Notes under the pieces: model-generated
Database searches by the model: none
Told to the model about the DNA's origin: nothing
What the model saw: the letters and a program-made list of their open reading frames with translations, nothing else
Shown: positions 28,449-37,825 of the stretch, one piece after another
Layout: every line of letters starts with the position of its first letter
Position numbering within the stretch: position 1 is the first letter of the stretch
Assembly (NCBI GenBank): GCA_027492205.1
Contig: JAOZFN010000005.1
Coordinates: 1 to 64,000 of the forward strand
From: Thermoproteota archaeon
Lineage (GTDB): Archaea; Korarchaeota; Korarchaeia; Korarchaeales; Korarchaeaceae
Direction of reading: 5' to 3'
Length of the DNA: 64,000 nt
Position numbers and translations under genes: made by a program

Positions 28449-30225
28449 GGAGCGCCCCCCGAGGTATCGTCAGCCGCTGGTGGCCGTCCTTGGCCACGTT
28501 GACTCGGGAAAGACGACTCTACTGGACTACATAAGGAAGACCCGCGTGGCCGCAAAGGAGCCGGGCTCGATAACCCAGCATGTCGGAGCGTCCGAGGTCC
28601 CTGCGGATGTCATCGAGAGGGTCTGTGAACCGGTGTTCAAGTCCCTCGGAGTCCGCTTCGAGCTGAAGACAAAGGGCCTGCTCTTCATAGACCTACCAGG
28701 TCACGAGGTGTTCTCCAACCTCAGGAAGAGGGGTGGTTCGGCCGCCGACGTCGCGATACTGGTCATAGACATCATGGGGGGAGTTCAGCCCCAGACGGTG
28801 GAGTCGATAAACATCCTGAGGGAGAGGAAGACCCCGTTCGTCATAGCCCTGAACAAGATTGACCTCATAGCGGGATGGAAGAGCAAGCCCGGCGCGCCCT
28901 TCATAGAGTCAGTCAAGGAGCAGCCCCCGAGGGCCATAGCAGAGTTTGAGCGGAGATTCTACACGATCTTGGGACAGCTGGCGGAGCACGGAATCAATGC
29001 GGAGCGATACGACAGGATCACCGACTTCACGCGAACGTTCGCCGTAGTCCCGACGAGCGCCGCTACGGGGGAAGGGGTCCCGGACCTGCTGGCCATACTC
29101 TTGGGTCTCGTCCAGAGGTACATGCTCGACAGGCTTGAGATCACCTCTGAAGAGGGTAGGGGCGTCGTCCTAGAGGTCAAAACCATGCACGGGCTCGGAA
29201 CGGTCATCACAGCGATCATCTACGACGGGGAACTTAGAGAGGGGGATACCATCGTGCTGGCTGGCCTCAGGGGGGCTATCGTGACGAAGGTGCGCGCCCT
29301 CTTCCGCCCGCGGCCCCTCGATGAGATGAGGGCACCCGGGGCAAAGTTCCAGAGGGTGCCGTCCGCAAGCGCGGCGGCTGGCGTGATGGTCTCCGCCGTC
29401 GACCTCGAGGGCGCCATCGCCGGCTCGCCGCTATTCGTGGTCAGGAACCCCGAGAAGCTCCAGAGGGCCGTTAGGGCCGTCGAGGAGGAAGTCGGCGCCA
29501 TACTGATCAAGACCGACAAGGTGGGCGTGATAGCCAAGGCGGACACCCTGGGGACGCTAGAGGCCCTGGTCTCCCACCTGAGGTCGAAGGGGATCCCCGT
29601 CAGGAGGGCCGACATCGGCCCTGTGACTAAGACAGACGTTTTCGAGGCTCATGCGATGAAGTCCGACGATCCGAAGTACGCAGTAGTGATCGCTTTCAAC
29701 GTCAAGGTCACGGAGGAGGCAGAGCAGGAAGCCAAGGGCAGGGGCATCAAGATATTCCACGACGTGATCATATACCAGCTCATAGAGAAATTCGAGTCAT
29801 ACTTGGAGGAGCTAAAGAGGAGGGAGATAGAGGAACTCCTCTCGAGCGTGGTATATCCGGCCGAGATCTTGGTTCTCCCTGATTACATCTTCCGAAGGAG
29901 CGACCCAGCCATAGTGGGTGTTGAGGTCCTCAGGGGGAAGATCAGGCCGGGCTATCCCCTCATAAACGAGTCGGGGAGGAGGGTCGGAGTCATCCAAGAC
30001 ATCCAGGACAGGGGCGTTAGGCTTCCGGAGGCCAAGGCCGGGGACAAGGTGGCCGTCTCGATAAGGGGTGGGGTAGTCGGCAGGAACGTGAAACCAGGCA
30101 GGACGCTCTACACGGAGGTGTTCGATGTTTACGACCCCAAGAAGAGATCAATGTTCTTCGCGATGCTCTCCGAGGAGGAGAAGGAACTCTACCGACGGAT
30201 ACTTGCCCTAAGGATGAGGCGGTGA
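28441..30225 (+). CDS. infB: Translation initiation factor aIF5B (IF-2)
   Basis: RQPLVAVLGHVDSGKTT, ITQHVGA, DLPGHE, NKID; ATG at 28441. Confidence 0.96.
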   Translation: MSEERPPRYRQPLVAVLGHVDSGKTTLLDYIRKTRVAAKEPGSITQHVGASEVPADVIERVCEPVFKSLGVRFELKTKGLLFIDLPGHEVFSNLRKRGGSAADVAILVIDIMGGVQPQTVESINILRERKTPFVIALNKIDLIAGWKSKPGAPFIESVKEQPPRAIAEFERRFYTILGQLAEHGINAERYDRITDFTRTFAVVPTSAATGEGVPDLLAILLGLVQRYMLDRLEITSEEGRGVVLEVKTMHGLGTVITAIIYDGELREGDTIVLAGLRGAIVTKVRALFRPRPLDEMRAPGAKFQRVPSASAAAGVMVSAVDLEGAIAGSPLFVVRNPEKLQRAVRAVEEEVGAILIKTDKVGVIAKADTLGTLEALVSHLRSKGIPVRRADIGPVTKTDVFEAHAMKSDDPKYAVVIAFNVKVTEEAEQEAKGRGIKIFHDVIIYQLIEKFESYLEELKRREIEELLSSVVYPAEILVLPDYIFRRSDPAIVGVEVLRGKIRPGYPLINESGRRVGVIQDIQDRGVRLPEAKAGDKVAVSIRGGVVGRNVKPGRTLYTEVFDVYDPKKRSMFFAMLSEEEKELYRRILALRMRR

Positions 30226-30279
30226 GGGTCAGCTTTATTTTGCTGGAACTAGTTCTCGCGTGACGAGGAGGTGTAGCGT

Positions 30280-30702
30280 TTGTACGCGAGAAAGAGAAAG
30301 GAAGAGAACGTAATAGTGTTCGACATAGCCGATCCTGAGACTGGGAGGACCTACCACTTTCAGGTTCCCGAGGAGAGGCTGGTACCACTGATAGGTAAGA
30401 GGATAGGCGAGGTGGTCCACGGAGACGCTATAGGCTTCCCTGGTTACTCGTTCAAGATCACCGGGGGTACCGACCGAGACGGCTTCCCCATGCACCCAGG
30501 GCTCCAGGGGCCCGGCAAGAGGCGGGCGCTTCTCTCAGGTCCTCCTGGATTCCACTCAAGTAGAGAGGGGGAGAGGAGAGCCAAGACGGTTAGGGGTAAT
30601 GTGATCTCCGAGTACACCAAGCAGATCAACCTGAAAGTCATCGAGAAGGGTTCCACCCCTTTGGGGGACTACTTACCCAAGGAAGAGGCCTCCGCGGAGT
30701 GA
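30280..30702 (+). CDS. rps6e: 30S ribosomal protein S6e
   Basis: IADPETG, LIGKRIG, ITGGTDRDGFPM, VRGN. Confidence 0.96.
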   Translation: MYARKRKEENVIVFDIADPETGRTYHFQVPEERLVPLIGKRIGEVVHGDAIGFPGYSFKITGGTDRDGFPMHPGLQGPGKRRALLSGPPGFHSSREGERRAKTVRGNVISEYTKQINLKVIEKGSTPLGDYLPKEEASAE

Positions 30703-30722
30703 GGAATTAGAGGGGGGTTCAT

Positions 30723-31997
30723 TTGGCCGAGAGGGGGCCCGACGGGGAGCCGCTTCAGCCCGAGATGAATGTGGGGACCGCTGGTCATGTCGACCACGGG
30801 AAGTCCACGTTGGTTCAGGCACTCACGGGGATCTGGCCGGAGAGACACAGCGAGGAGCTCAAGAGGGGGATAACGATAAAGCTAGGCTACGCCAACGCGG
30901 ATCTCAGGAAATGTCCCAGCTGCGAAGACGACGACCCGTCTTGCTACACGACCTCTAGGGAGTGCCCCCTCCATCCCGGGGAGAAGACCGTCCTCATGAG
31001 GAAGATCTCTCTGGTGGACTGCCCCGGGCACGACACGCTGATGGCCACCATGCTCGCGGGCTCGACGCTGATGGACGCTGCGCTGCTGGTGATAGCGGCC
31101 AACGAGGACGTCCCACAGCCCCAGACGAGGGAGCACCTGGCCGCCCTCAAGATAATGGGAGTCAGGCAGATAATCGCGGTTCAGACCAAGATAGAGCTCG
31201 TGGACGACGAGAAGGCGGTAGAGAACTACGAGAAGATAGTCGAGTTCCTGAGGGGGAACTTGGACGAGGTGCCTCCTGTGATCCCGGTCTCCGCCATCAA
31301 CGGCGTGAACATAGACTTCCTTATTCGAGAGATGGTGAGGAGATTCGCCCCGCCCGAGAGGGACCTGACCAAGCCTCCTAGGATGTACGTCGCGAGGTCC
31401 TTCGATGTCAACAAACCCGGAACTCGCCCAGACAAGCTCGTGGGTGGAGTCCTCGGCGGGACCATCGTACAAGGCAAGTTCTCCGTGGGAGACGAAATAG
31501 AGCTGAGGCCCGGCATCTACGCAGGCGGGAAGTTCACCCCCATAACCACTGAGATTGTGAGTCTCAGAAGCGAGAATACCGAGCTCCACTACGCGATAGC
31601 TGGCGGTCTGATAGGCGTAGGGACCAAGCTGGACCCCGCCCTGACGAAGGCTGACAACATGGTTGGGAACGTAGTCGGCCTGCCGGGCGAGCTACCTCCC
31701 ACTTGGCAGGAGCTCGACATCAAGGCCAAGTTCCTCGAGAGGATAGTTGGGCTCCGCGAGGAGATTGAAGTGCGCAAACCCAAGCTTAAGGAGCTGATAA
31801 CCCTGAACGTGGGAACCGCCACGGTTCCAGCGATAGTAAAGGCGATAGACCCCGAAGACAACCTTAGAGCCCTTCTGAGAATACCGGTGTGCGCTGAGCA
31901 GGGCCAGAGGGTTGCCATCTCCATGAGGATAGGGGGGAGGTGGAGGCTAGTCGGCTATGGGTTTATTGAAGGCGGGTTCGAATATAGGCCCGCCTGA
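30723..31997 (+). CDS. eif2g: Translation initiation factor aIF2 gamma
   Basis: GHVDHGKST, RGITIKLGYA, DCPGH, RSFDVNKPG, WRLVGYG. Confidence 0.97.
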   Translation: MAERGPDGEPLQPEMNVGTAGHVDHGKSTLVQALTGIWPERHSEELKRGITIKLGYANADLRKCPSCEDDDPSCYTTSRECPLHPGEKTVLMRKISLVDCPGHDTLMATMLAGSTLMDAALLVIAANEDVPQPQTREHLAALKIMGVRQIIAVQTKIELVDDEKAVENYEKIVEFLRGNLDEVPPVIPVSAINGVNIDFLIREMVRRFAPPERDLTKPPRMYVARSFDVNKPGTRPDKLVGGVLGGTIVQGKFSVGDEIELRPGIYAGGKFTPITTEIVSLRSENTELHYAIAGGLIGVGTKLDPALTKADNMVGNVVGLPGELPPTWQELDIKAKFLERIVGLREEIEVRKPKLKELITLNVGTATVPAIVKAIDPEDNLRALLRIPVCAEQGQRVAISMRIGGRWRLVGYGFIEGGFEYRPA

Positions 31998-32065
31998 GCC
32001 TCACCAACCCACGATCCAACGTGGACAGGTAAGAGATATATTCGGGGAGCATCTCTCAGGATCGA

Positions 32066-32158
32066 GCGGCCGTGGTCTAGCCTGGACCAGGATGGGGGCC
32101 CTCCAAGCCTCCGCGAGGCAAGCCCCAGACCCGGGTTCAAATCCCGGCGGCCGCACCA
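32066..32158 (+). tRNA. tRNA-Gly(TCC) with 15-nt intron at 37/38 (32106-32120)
   Basis: GCGGCCG acceptor; GGGGC/GCCCC anticodon stem; BHB with CCTC:GAGG helix and CA|A bulges; encoded CCA. Confidence 0.88.
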
Positions 32159-32225
32159 CGCCCTCTTCAGCTGGGGGAGATACACCTGAAACCATTAATC
32201 CGATAACTCTGCGGGAATTCCCGCC

Positions 32226-32558
32226 ATGTCAGATTTCACCGAGGAGGTCATGAGAGCCAGGGAGCGGCTTAGGGCCGCCGCGAAGGAGGTTGCCCGGGCC
32301 AACGGGATAACTCAGGAGAAGGCGCTTGAACTCGTCGCTGACCTCGCTCTAGCGTTTGTGGATGGCGTGACAAAGTCCTCCAGATTCGCCGGCTTGAGCG
32401 AGGAGTGGATGAGGATCGCGGCCTCTGCCAAGAGACCACCAAACTGCAGAGCCCCTTGCGCATTCTCTGAGAGTCTAGAGCACGTTCTCAGAGTTCGCTA
32501 CAAGTTCATGGACATGCACTACCTCTTGGCCGTGAGGGGAAGATCAGGGGGGACGTGA
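32226..32558 (+). CDS. Hypothetical protein
   Basis: 110-aa ATG ORF with upstream ATTAAT box, between two tRNAs. Confidence 0.6.
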   Translation: MSDFTEEVMRARERLRAAAKEVARANGITQEKALELVADLALAFVDGVTKSSRFAGLSEEWMRIAASAKRPPNCRAPCAFSESLEHVLRVRYKFMDMHYLLAVRGRSGGT

Positions 32559-32607
32559 GGACGCCCTGCGAAGCTTTAAATATCCTGATGGCCGATCCAA
32601 AACCGGC

Positions 32608-32681
32608 GCCCCGGTAGCTCAGCCCGGCGGAGCACCGCCTTGGTAAGGCGGGGGTCGCGGGTTCGAATCCCGCCCGGGGCT
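32608..32681 (+). tRNA. tRNA-Thr(GGT)
   Basis: GCCCCGG..CCGCC-TTGGTAA-GGCGG..TTCGAAT..CCGGGGC-T; CCA not encoded. Confidence 0.95.
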
Positions 32682-32758
32682 TCATGCTCCCAATTTTCGG
32701 GCCTCCTATCAGCGTTTTAATACTCCTCGGGCTGGTCCTCTGGAGGCGATAAAAGACG

Positions 32759-33367
32759 GTGTTAGCCACGGCACTTGGACTAAAGTTCAAGAACGGCGTT
32801 GTGCTTGCGGCCGATAGGAGGGTCTCCTACGGGACTTTCGTGCTGAGTAGGGCAGCCCGAAAGGTCTTCCCAGTGAACGATCGCGTAGGTGTGGCGTTTT
32901 CCGGGATCCCAGCAGACATGCAGGAACTCTACGATTCGCTCGTCTATAACGTGAGGATCTACGAGATGGACGAGGGGAGGAAGGCGACCCCCTCCAACGT
33001 GGCCCGCCTGCTCTCAATCTTGCTCTACAGCGGGAGATTCACGCGATTCTTCTTGGCCGAGGTGGTGGTTGGAGGCCTATCTCCCGAGGGACCAAAGATA
33101 ATCGCGGTGGACGCGGCCGGAGGAATGCTCGAAGATGACTTCGCGGCAGAGGGAACAGGGGCCCAACTCGCAACCGGGATCCTTGAGAGGGAGTTCAGGA
33201 AAGACATGTCAGAGTCTGAAGCCGTCGAGCTGGCCAAGAGAGCCATGATTGCGGCCATTGAGAGGGACGCCATGTCTGGCGACGGAATAGACATCCTCGT
33301 AGTGACTGAGGAGGGAATTAAGGAGGAGTTCGTCCCACTAAGGGCGTCTTGGAAACCTCAGCCGTAA
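32759..33367 (+). CDS. psmB: Proteasome beta subunit (Thr1-less type)
   Basis: ATALGLKFKNGVVLAADRR, SGIPADMQ, ERDAMSGDG. Confidence 0.92.
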   Translation: MLATALGLKFKNGVVLAADRRVSYGTFVLSRAARKVFPVNDRVGVAFSGIPADMQELYDSLVYNVRIYEMDEGRKATPSNVARLLSILLYSGRFTRFFLAEVVVGGLSPEGPKIIAVDAAGGMLEDDFAAEGTGAQLATGILEREFRKDMSESEAVELAKRAMIAAIERDAMSGDGIDILVVTEEGIKEEFVPLRASWKPQP

Positions 33368-33398
33368 TTCCAACTTATTTATCCAATCTTGCCGCAAG

Positions 33399-34574
33399 GT
33401 GTGGGGGATGAGTCCCAGCCCGAGGGTAGATCCCGAATCTCTCAAGAGGACTCTGCTGGACCTCGTGTCCATAAAGAGCTACAGCGGGGACGAGGGTCAG
33501 ATAGCCGACTACCTAATCGACAGACTCTCGTCGGTGGCCGATCGAGTCGAGAACCAGCCCGTCTCCGACTGCGGTGGAAACGTGATTGCCCACTTCGGAG
33601 ACACCTCCAAGGACAAGATAATCCTCCTCTCTCACATGGATACAACGGAGGTCTTCGCGGGCTGGACCAGGAGTCCCTGGGGAGAGGTTGAGGACAATAG
33701 GGTTTACGGGCTGGGATCCCTTGACGCCAAGTCCTCCCTGGCCGCTATGATAGAGGCCACCCTCGTGGCGGTGAACGCGCTCGGGGGCACATCCACCCTT
33801 GAGAGGGGTGTGATGCTGGTAGCCGTGTGCGATGAGGAGGGATACAGCCGGGGCACTTATGAGTTTGTAAAGAGCGGAAAGGCCAACGGCTCAGTAGGCG
33901 CTGTGGTGGGTTCTCCGACCTCGTTGAGGATTGGACGTGGGGCCTACGGCCGACTGGTCTTCGACGTTGAGGTTAGGGGGAGGGCCTCGACCGATGTTGA
34001 GCAGGAGGGCGTCAACGCGATTGTTGAGGCGGCGAGGCTAGTCCTGTGGGCCGTCGACTATCCCAAACAGAAGTCTTCGGGTGGAGGATCCGTCGCGCCG
34101 CTCAGCATCAAGTCGAAGGAGACGATCATTGTCCACCCCGACCTCTGCATGTTGAGGCTGGACAGACACTACCCACCTGGCGAAGAGGAGGCGTCGGCCA
34201 AGAGGAAATTCCTCTCTTACCTGAAGCGTGTTAAGGGGCTCCGGGCAGAGGTGAAGGTGTCTCCAATCAAGAGGCCCACCCCCTTCCTGACCCCCTTCGA
34301 GCTCCCCAGCGATCATCCCTTCCTGGCGGCCTTCTCAGAGGCCTACAAGGAGGCCCTACCCGGCAGGGGCGTGGAGACCGTGATCGTACCAACTGTCAGC
34401 GACGCCAGCTACCTCCACAACCTGGCGCAGATCCCCGCGGTAATTTTCGGGCCGTCCGGGGGGAATAGGCACTCTCCCGATGAGTACGTCGACCTGGACT
34501 CGGCCGTCGACATGGCAAACGTGCTAGCCCACCTGATAATCTCACTCCAACGGGGAGAGATCCCTCAGGGCTGA
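33399..34574 (+). CDS. M20 metallopeptidase/amidohydrolase (ArgE/DapE family)
   Basis: HMDT, YGLGSLDAK, DEE, SDA, GP..H.PDE. Confidence 0.88.
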   Translation: MWGMSPSPRVDPESLKRTLLDLVSIKSYSGDEGQIADYLIDRLSSVADRVENQPVSDCGGNVIAHFGDTSKDKIILLSHMDTTEVFAGWTRSPWGEVEDNRVYGLGSLDAKSSLAAMIEATLVAVNALGGTSTLERGVMLVAVCDEEGYSRGTYEFVKSGKANGSVGAVVGSPTSLRIGRGAYGRLVFDVEVRGRASTDVEQEGVNAIVEAARLVLWAVDYPKQKSSGGGSVAPLSIKSKETIIVHPDLCMLRLDRHYPPGEEEASAKRKFLSYLKRVKGLRAEVKVSPIKRPTPFLTPFELPSDHPFLAAFSEAYKEALPGRGVETVIVPTVSDASYLHNLAQIPAVIFGPSGGNRHSPDEYVDLDSAVDMANVLAHLIISLQRGEIPQG

Positions 34575-34595
34575 TGGTGGGGCGAAGCCCGAGCG

Positions 34596-35759
34596 GTGAG
34601 ACAGATGAGTTTTCTGGGCATCCTCCTGTCCTACGCGATAGCGACGTCGGCGACCTCCATTTTGGCCAGGAAGTTGGGCATAGAGTGGCTTGAAGGCGGG
34701 CCCCTCTACCTCCAGATCAACTCCTCAGGTAGAATGAAGGAGATCCTGCTGAAACCAGCAAAGGTCCTCAGGAGGGCCTTCACAGTAGTTGGGGATCTCT
34801 CCACAGCTCTGGCCATTCCCCTCGGCTTGGTCACCGCTGCCTGGCTCGCAAGGATCACATGGAACTTGATCTCCTCTGGCTGGCAGGCTCCTCCTTCGGT
34901 ACTCCCTCCCATACCGGGTTTCACGCTCTCTCTCAGCTGGGGTGTTGTACTGGCTCTCTTTCTCACGCTGCTGGCCCACGAGCTGGGGCACGCCTACGCA
35001 GCGGTGGGAGAAGGACTCCAGATCAGGAAGATTGGCTTCTTCATCCTTCTCCTGATACCAGGCGCTTTCGTTGAGCTTGACGAGAGAGAACTTCTCTCAC
35101 TCTCACCGCGAAGATCCGCGAGGGTCCTGTCGAGTGGCATAGGGGCGAACGTGATCCTCGCCATTCTACTTCTGGCGGTGGGCCTAGGCACGCTTCAGGG
35201 CTTTCCAAGAACACCCTCTGGAATCTACGTGGAGCGAGTGGTCCCAGACAGTCCCTCTTGGGGGGTAATTCAGCCCGGTACCGTAATCTACGCCATGAAC
35301 TCCACACCCACCCCGACGATAGACGCGCTCTCCTCTTTCCTCAGGGGGGCAAAGCCGGGAGACCTGGTGATCTTAGACACCAGCGAAGGACCGCTGTCCC
35401 TGAGGCTTGGGTCTAGGCCGGATAACCAGTCGGCGCCATGGATGGGCGTGTTACTTTCTCCACTGGGGTACTACGCACCGAGAATCTCCATCCTCCCTAC
35501 ATCCTGGGCCTTCGAGCTCTCTAAGGACATCCTGCTGGCGATCCTGTTCAACCTGAGCGCCGCGGCAATCAACGCCATGCCCGCCCTCCCACTGGATGTG
35601 GGCAAGGTCCTGGCGATTCGCCTGGGGGTCGAGCTCACCGGCGAACGGAACCTCACTGACACCTTAGAGGGGAGGGTCGTGCTCGCGGTGTCTGCACTAA
35701 TATGGATCCTCTTGGCGGTAAATCTGGGCTACTCGGTGATTAGGTTTGTCGTCTCGTGA
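34596..35759 (+). CDS. Site-2 protease (M50) with PDZ domain
   Basis: HELGH, GAFVE, NAMPALPLD; PDZ-like middle region. Confidence 0.9.
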   Translation: MRQMSFLGILLSYAIATSATSILARKLGIEWLEGGPLYLQINSSGRMKEILLKPAKVLRRAFTVVGDLSTALAIPLGLVTAAWLARITWNLISSGWQAPPSVLPPIPGFTLSLSWGVVLALFLTLLAHELGHAYAAVGEGLQIRKIGFFILLLIPGAFVELDERELLSLSPRRSARVLSSGIGANVILAILLLAVGLGTLQGFPRTPSGIYVERVVPDSPSWGVIQPGTVIYAMNSTPTPTIDALSSFLRGAKPGDLVILDTSEGPLSLRLGSRPDNQSAPWMGVLLSPLGYYAPRISILPTSWAFELSKDILLAILFNLSAAAINAMPALPLDVGKVLAIRLGVELTGERNLTDTLEGRVVLAVSALIWILLAVNLGYSVIRFVVS

Positions 35760-36810
35760 AGAGCGGGTGGGGAATCCATTCTTCGGGGTGGCCCCGCCGC
35801 CTAAACCAGCCAGCCTCATTGATCGAGCGTTTAAGGCCGCCTTCTCCCCGAAGTCCCTCGGCAAGATACCCGACCCCGTTATGAGAGCCAGGGCCAGGGA
35901 GCGGGCCCGGATAGTGGCTTTCAGGGACGTAGTCTGGAACACGCTCCGTTCATCCGTGAGGTCATTCCCCCCTCTGAACTCGGTCCACCCCTTCTATAGG
36001 GAGCTGGCAGACGTGGTTTTCGGCGTCGACCGGCTCCGCCACTGCCTTGGGGCCCTAGAGTGGGCAGCCAAGGTGACGAGAAGGGTCGCCGCGGCCGAGG
36101 TGCGCAATCTCTACCGGGCAGAGGATTTCCCACGGCTCGAGTCTGTGAGGAAGAGGGCCATGGCGAGGATGGTCTCGATCGTCAGAAGGGTGTCCGAGGA
36201 GATAGAGTGCGTCAGGGAGGCCGCCGCTAGGCTCAGGAAACTTCCCTCCATAGATCCTCAGACGCCCACAGTGGTCATCGCCGGCCCCCCCAACACCGGA
36301 AAAAGCACGTTGGTGAGGAGAATCTCCACGGGCAGCCCTGAGGTGGCGGAGTACCCCTTCACAACGAAGGGGATCCTGCTCGGCCACGCCTCGCTCAGGG
36401 GGGTGGGCCGCGTCCAGGTGATGGACACACCCGGACTTCTGGACAGGCCGCTCCACGAGAGGAATGAGATTGAGCTCCAGGCTATTGTGGCCCTTAAATG
36501 GCTGGCCGACGTGATCCTCTTCGTGTCGGATCCCTCAGAGACCTGCGGCTATAGGATCGAACAGCAGATCGGTCTCTTGAGGGAGATAGCCTCTCAGTTC
36601 GGCGAATCGCCGATAATAGTCGTCTTCAACAAGGCCGATCTTGGAGGCCTATTTGAGAGGGGGGCGAGAGAGTTCACCAACGCGTGCCGAGACCCCGGAT
36701 ATCCCTACCTAAGGGTGTCTGCCGAGAGGGGTGAGGGGATCGAGGAGCTTCTCGAGGTGGTCAGGAGGGAACTCCAAGGTGGAAGAAGGAGAACTGGTGA
36801 TTCTCCTTAG
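35746..36810 (+). CDS. NOG1-family GTPase
   Basis: HPFYRE, GPPNTGKS, EYPFTT, DTPGLLDRP..ERN.IE, NKAD. Confidence 0.93.
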   Translation: MSSREERVGNPFFGVAPPPKPASLIDRAFKAAFSPKSLGKIPDPVMRARARERARIVAFRDVVWNTLRSSVRSFPPLNSVHPFYRELADVVFGVDRLRHCLGALEWAAKVTRRVAAAEVRNLYRAEDFPRLESVRKRAMARMVSIVRRVSEEIECVREAAARLRKLPSIDPQTPTVVIAGPPNTGKSTLVRRISTGSPEVAEYPFTTKGILLGHASLRGVGRVQVMDTPGLLDRPLHERNEIELQAIVALKWLADVILFVSDPSETCGYRIEQQIGLLREIASQFGESPIIVVFNKADLGGLFERGAREFTNACRDPGYPYLRVSAERGEGIEELLEVVRRELQGGRRRTGDSP

Positions 36811-37819
36811 CGGGGAGCATCCAACTCTCCCTCTGCTCGAACTCCGCGGGGTAGTGGAGGCCGAGCGCGTCGCGGAGGAGCCGCATCTCCTGTCCCCCCA
36901 GGTTGCCCAGTTCTCCGCGCTAGACCCGTTAAAAGCGGCGATGACAGTGTCTAGGAGGGCCTCGTTCGCAAGATCCGTATCCGCCTACCTGGGCTCAGCA
37001 CGGGGATCCCTGAGACTCGTTAACGAACTCCTCGACAGAATCGATTGGTCAGGCCTAAAGGGCCCCTTTGCGGTCCGTGCAATACGCGTTCAGGGCGCCC
37101 TCAGGCAACTCAGTAGGAAAGAGATCTCCGAGCGGGTTGCGGCGTCCATCCTGAGGGCTAACTCTTCCCTCGAGGTGGATCTGGAGGCTCCAAGGACCGT
37201 CATTCTAGCCATTCTGAGCGGGAATCTCATTCACTTGGGAATCCTGTTGGCCGAGGTGGACCGATCAGCGTTCCGCGAGAGGGACGTGTCCAGGAGACCC
37301 TTCAAGCACCCAGCCTCCATGAATCCGAGGCTTGCTAGGGCGATGGTGAACCTGGCAAGGGTCAGAAGGGGAGACGTGGTGTTAGATCCATTCGTTGGCG
37401 CCGGTGGGATCGCTCTTGAGGTGTTATCGGTTGGGGGACGCCTGCTGGGATGCGACGTTGACCGGAGGATGGTGGCAGGGACCGAGCTAAACCTCCGGCA
37501 CTACGGCTACGCTGAGGGCTACCATCTATGGGTCTGCGACGCTACCTCCCTTCGACTTGACCGTCAGGTGGATGCCGTAGTAACCGATCCCCCCTACGGC
37601 CGCTCCACGCCGCTGACAGACCATCCCCTCCGGACGTTCTCGGCCTTAGTGTCTAGGGTGACAGATTTCCTCCGACTGGGCGGCCGGCTCGTCGCCGCTT
37701 ATCCGGCGGAGGCCCACCCCGACGAGGTGATCGCGTCGTACCTAGAGGTCGAGGAGGCGGTGGATTACAGGGAGCACAAAAGCCTAACAAGGAGGATAGT
37801 CGTGGCGAGGTCAAGGTGA
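36779..37819 (+). CDS. tRNA (guanine-10-N2)-methyltransferase Trm11 (THUMP + MTase)
   Basis: LSGEHPTL, RPFKHPASM.PRLARAMVNL, DPFVGAGG, TDPPYG; start uncertain. Confidence 0.88.
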   Translation: MEEGELVILLSGEHPTLPLLELRGVVEAERVAEEPHLLSPQVAQFSALDPLKAAMTVSRRASFARSVSAYLGSARGSLRLVNELLDRIDWSGLKGPFAVRAIRVQGALRQLSRKEISERVAASILRANSSLEVDLEAPRTVILAILSGNLIHLGILLAEVDRSAFRERDVSRRPFKHPASMNPRLARAMVNLARVRRGDVVLDPFVGAGGIALEVLSVGGRLLGCDVDRRMVAGTELNLRHYGYAEGYHLWVCDATSLRLDRQVDAVVTDPPYGRSTPLTDHPLRTFSALVSRVTDFLRLGGRLVAAYPAEAHPDEVIASYLEVEEAVDYREHKSLTRRIVVARSR

Positions 37820-37825
37820 CCGCCC

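Noticed and set aside
32066-32158. Reading the intron-containing tRNA as Trp(CCA)
   Set aside because: Stem register, Gly-type acceptor and BHB geometry place TCC at 34-36
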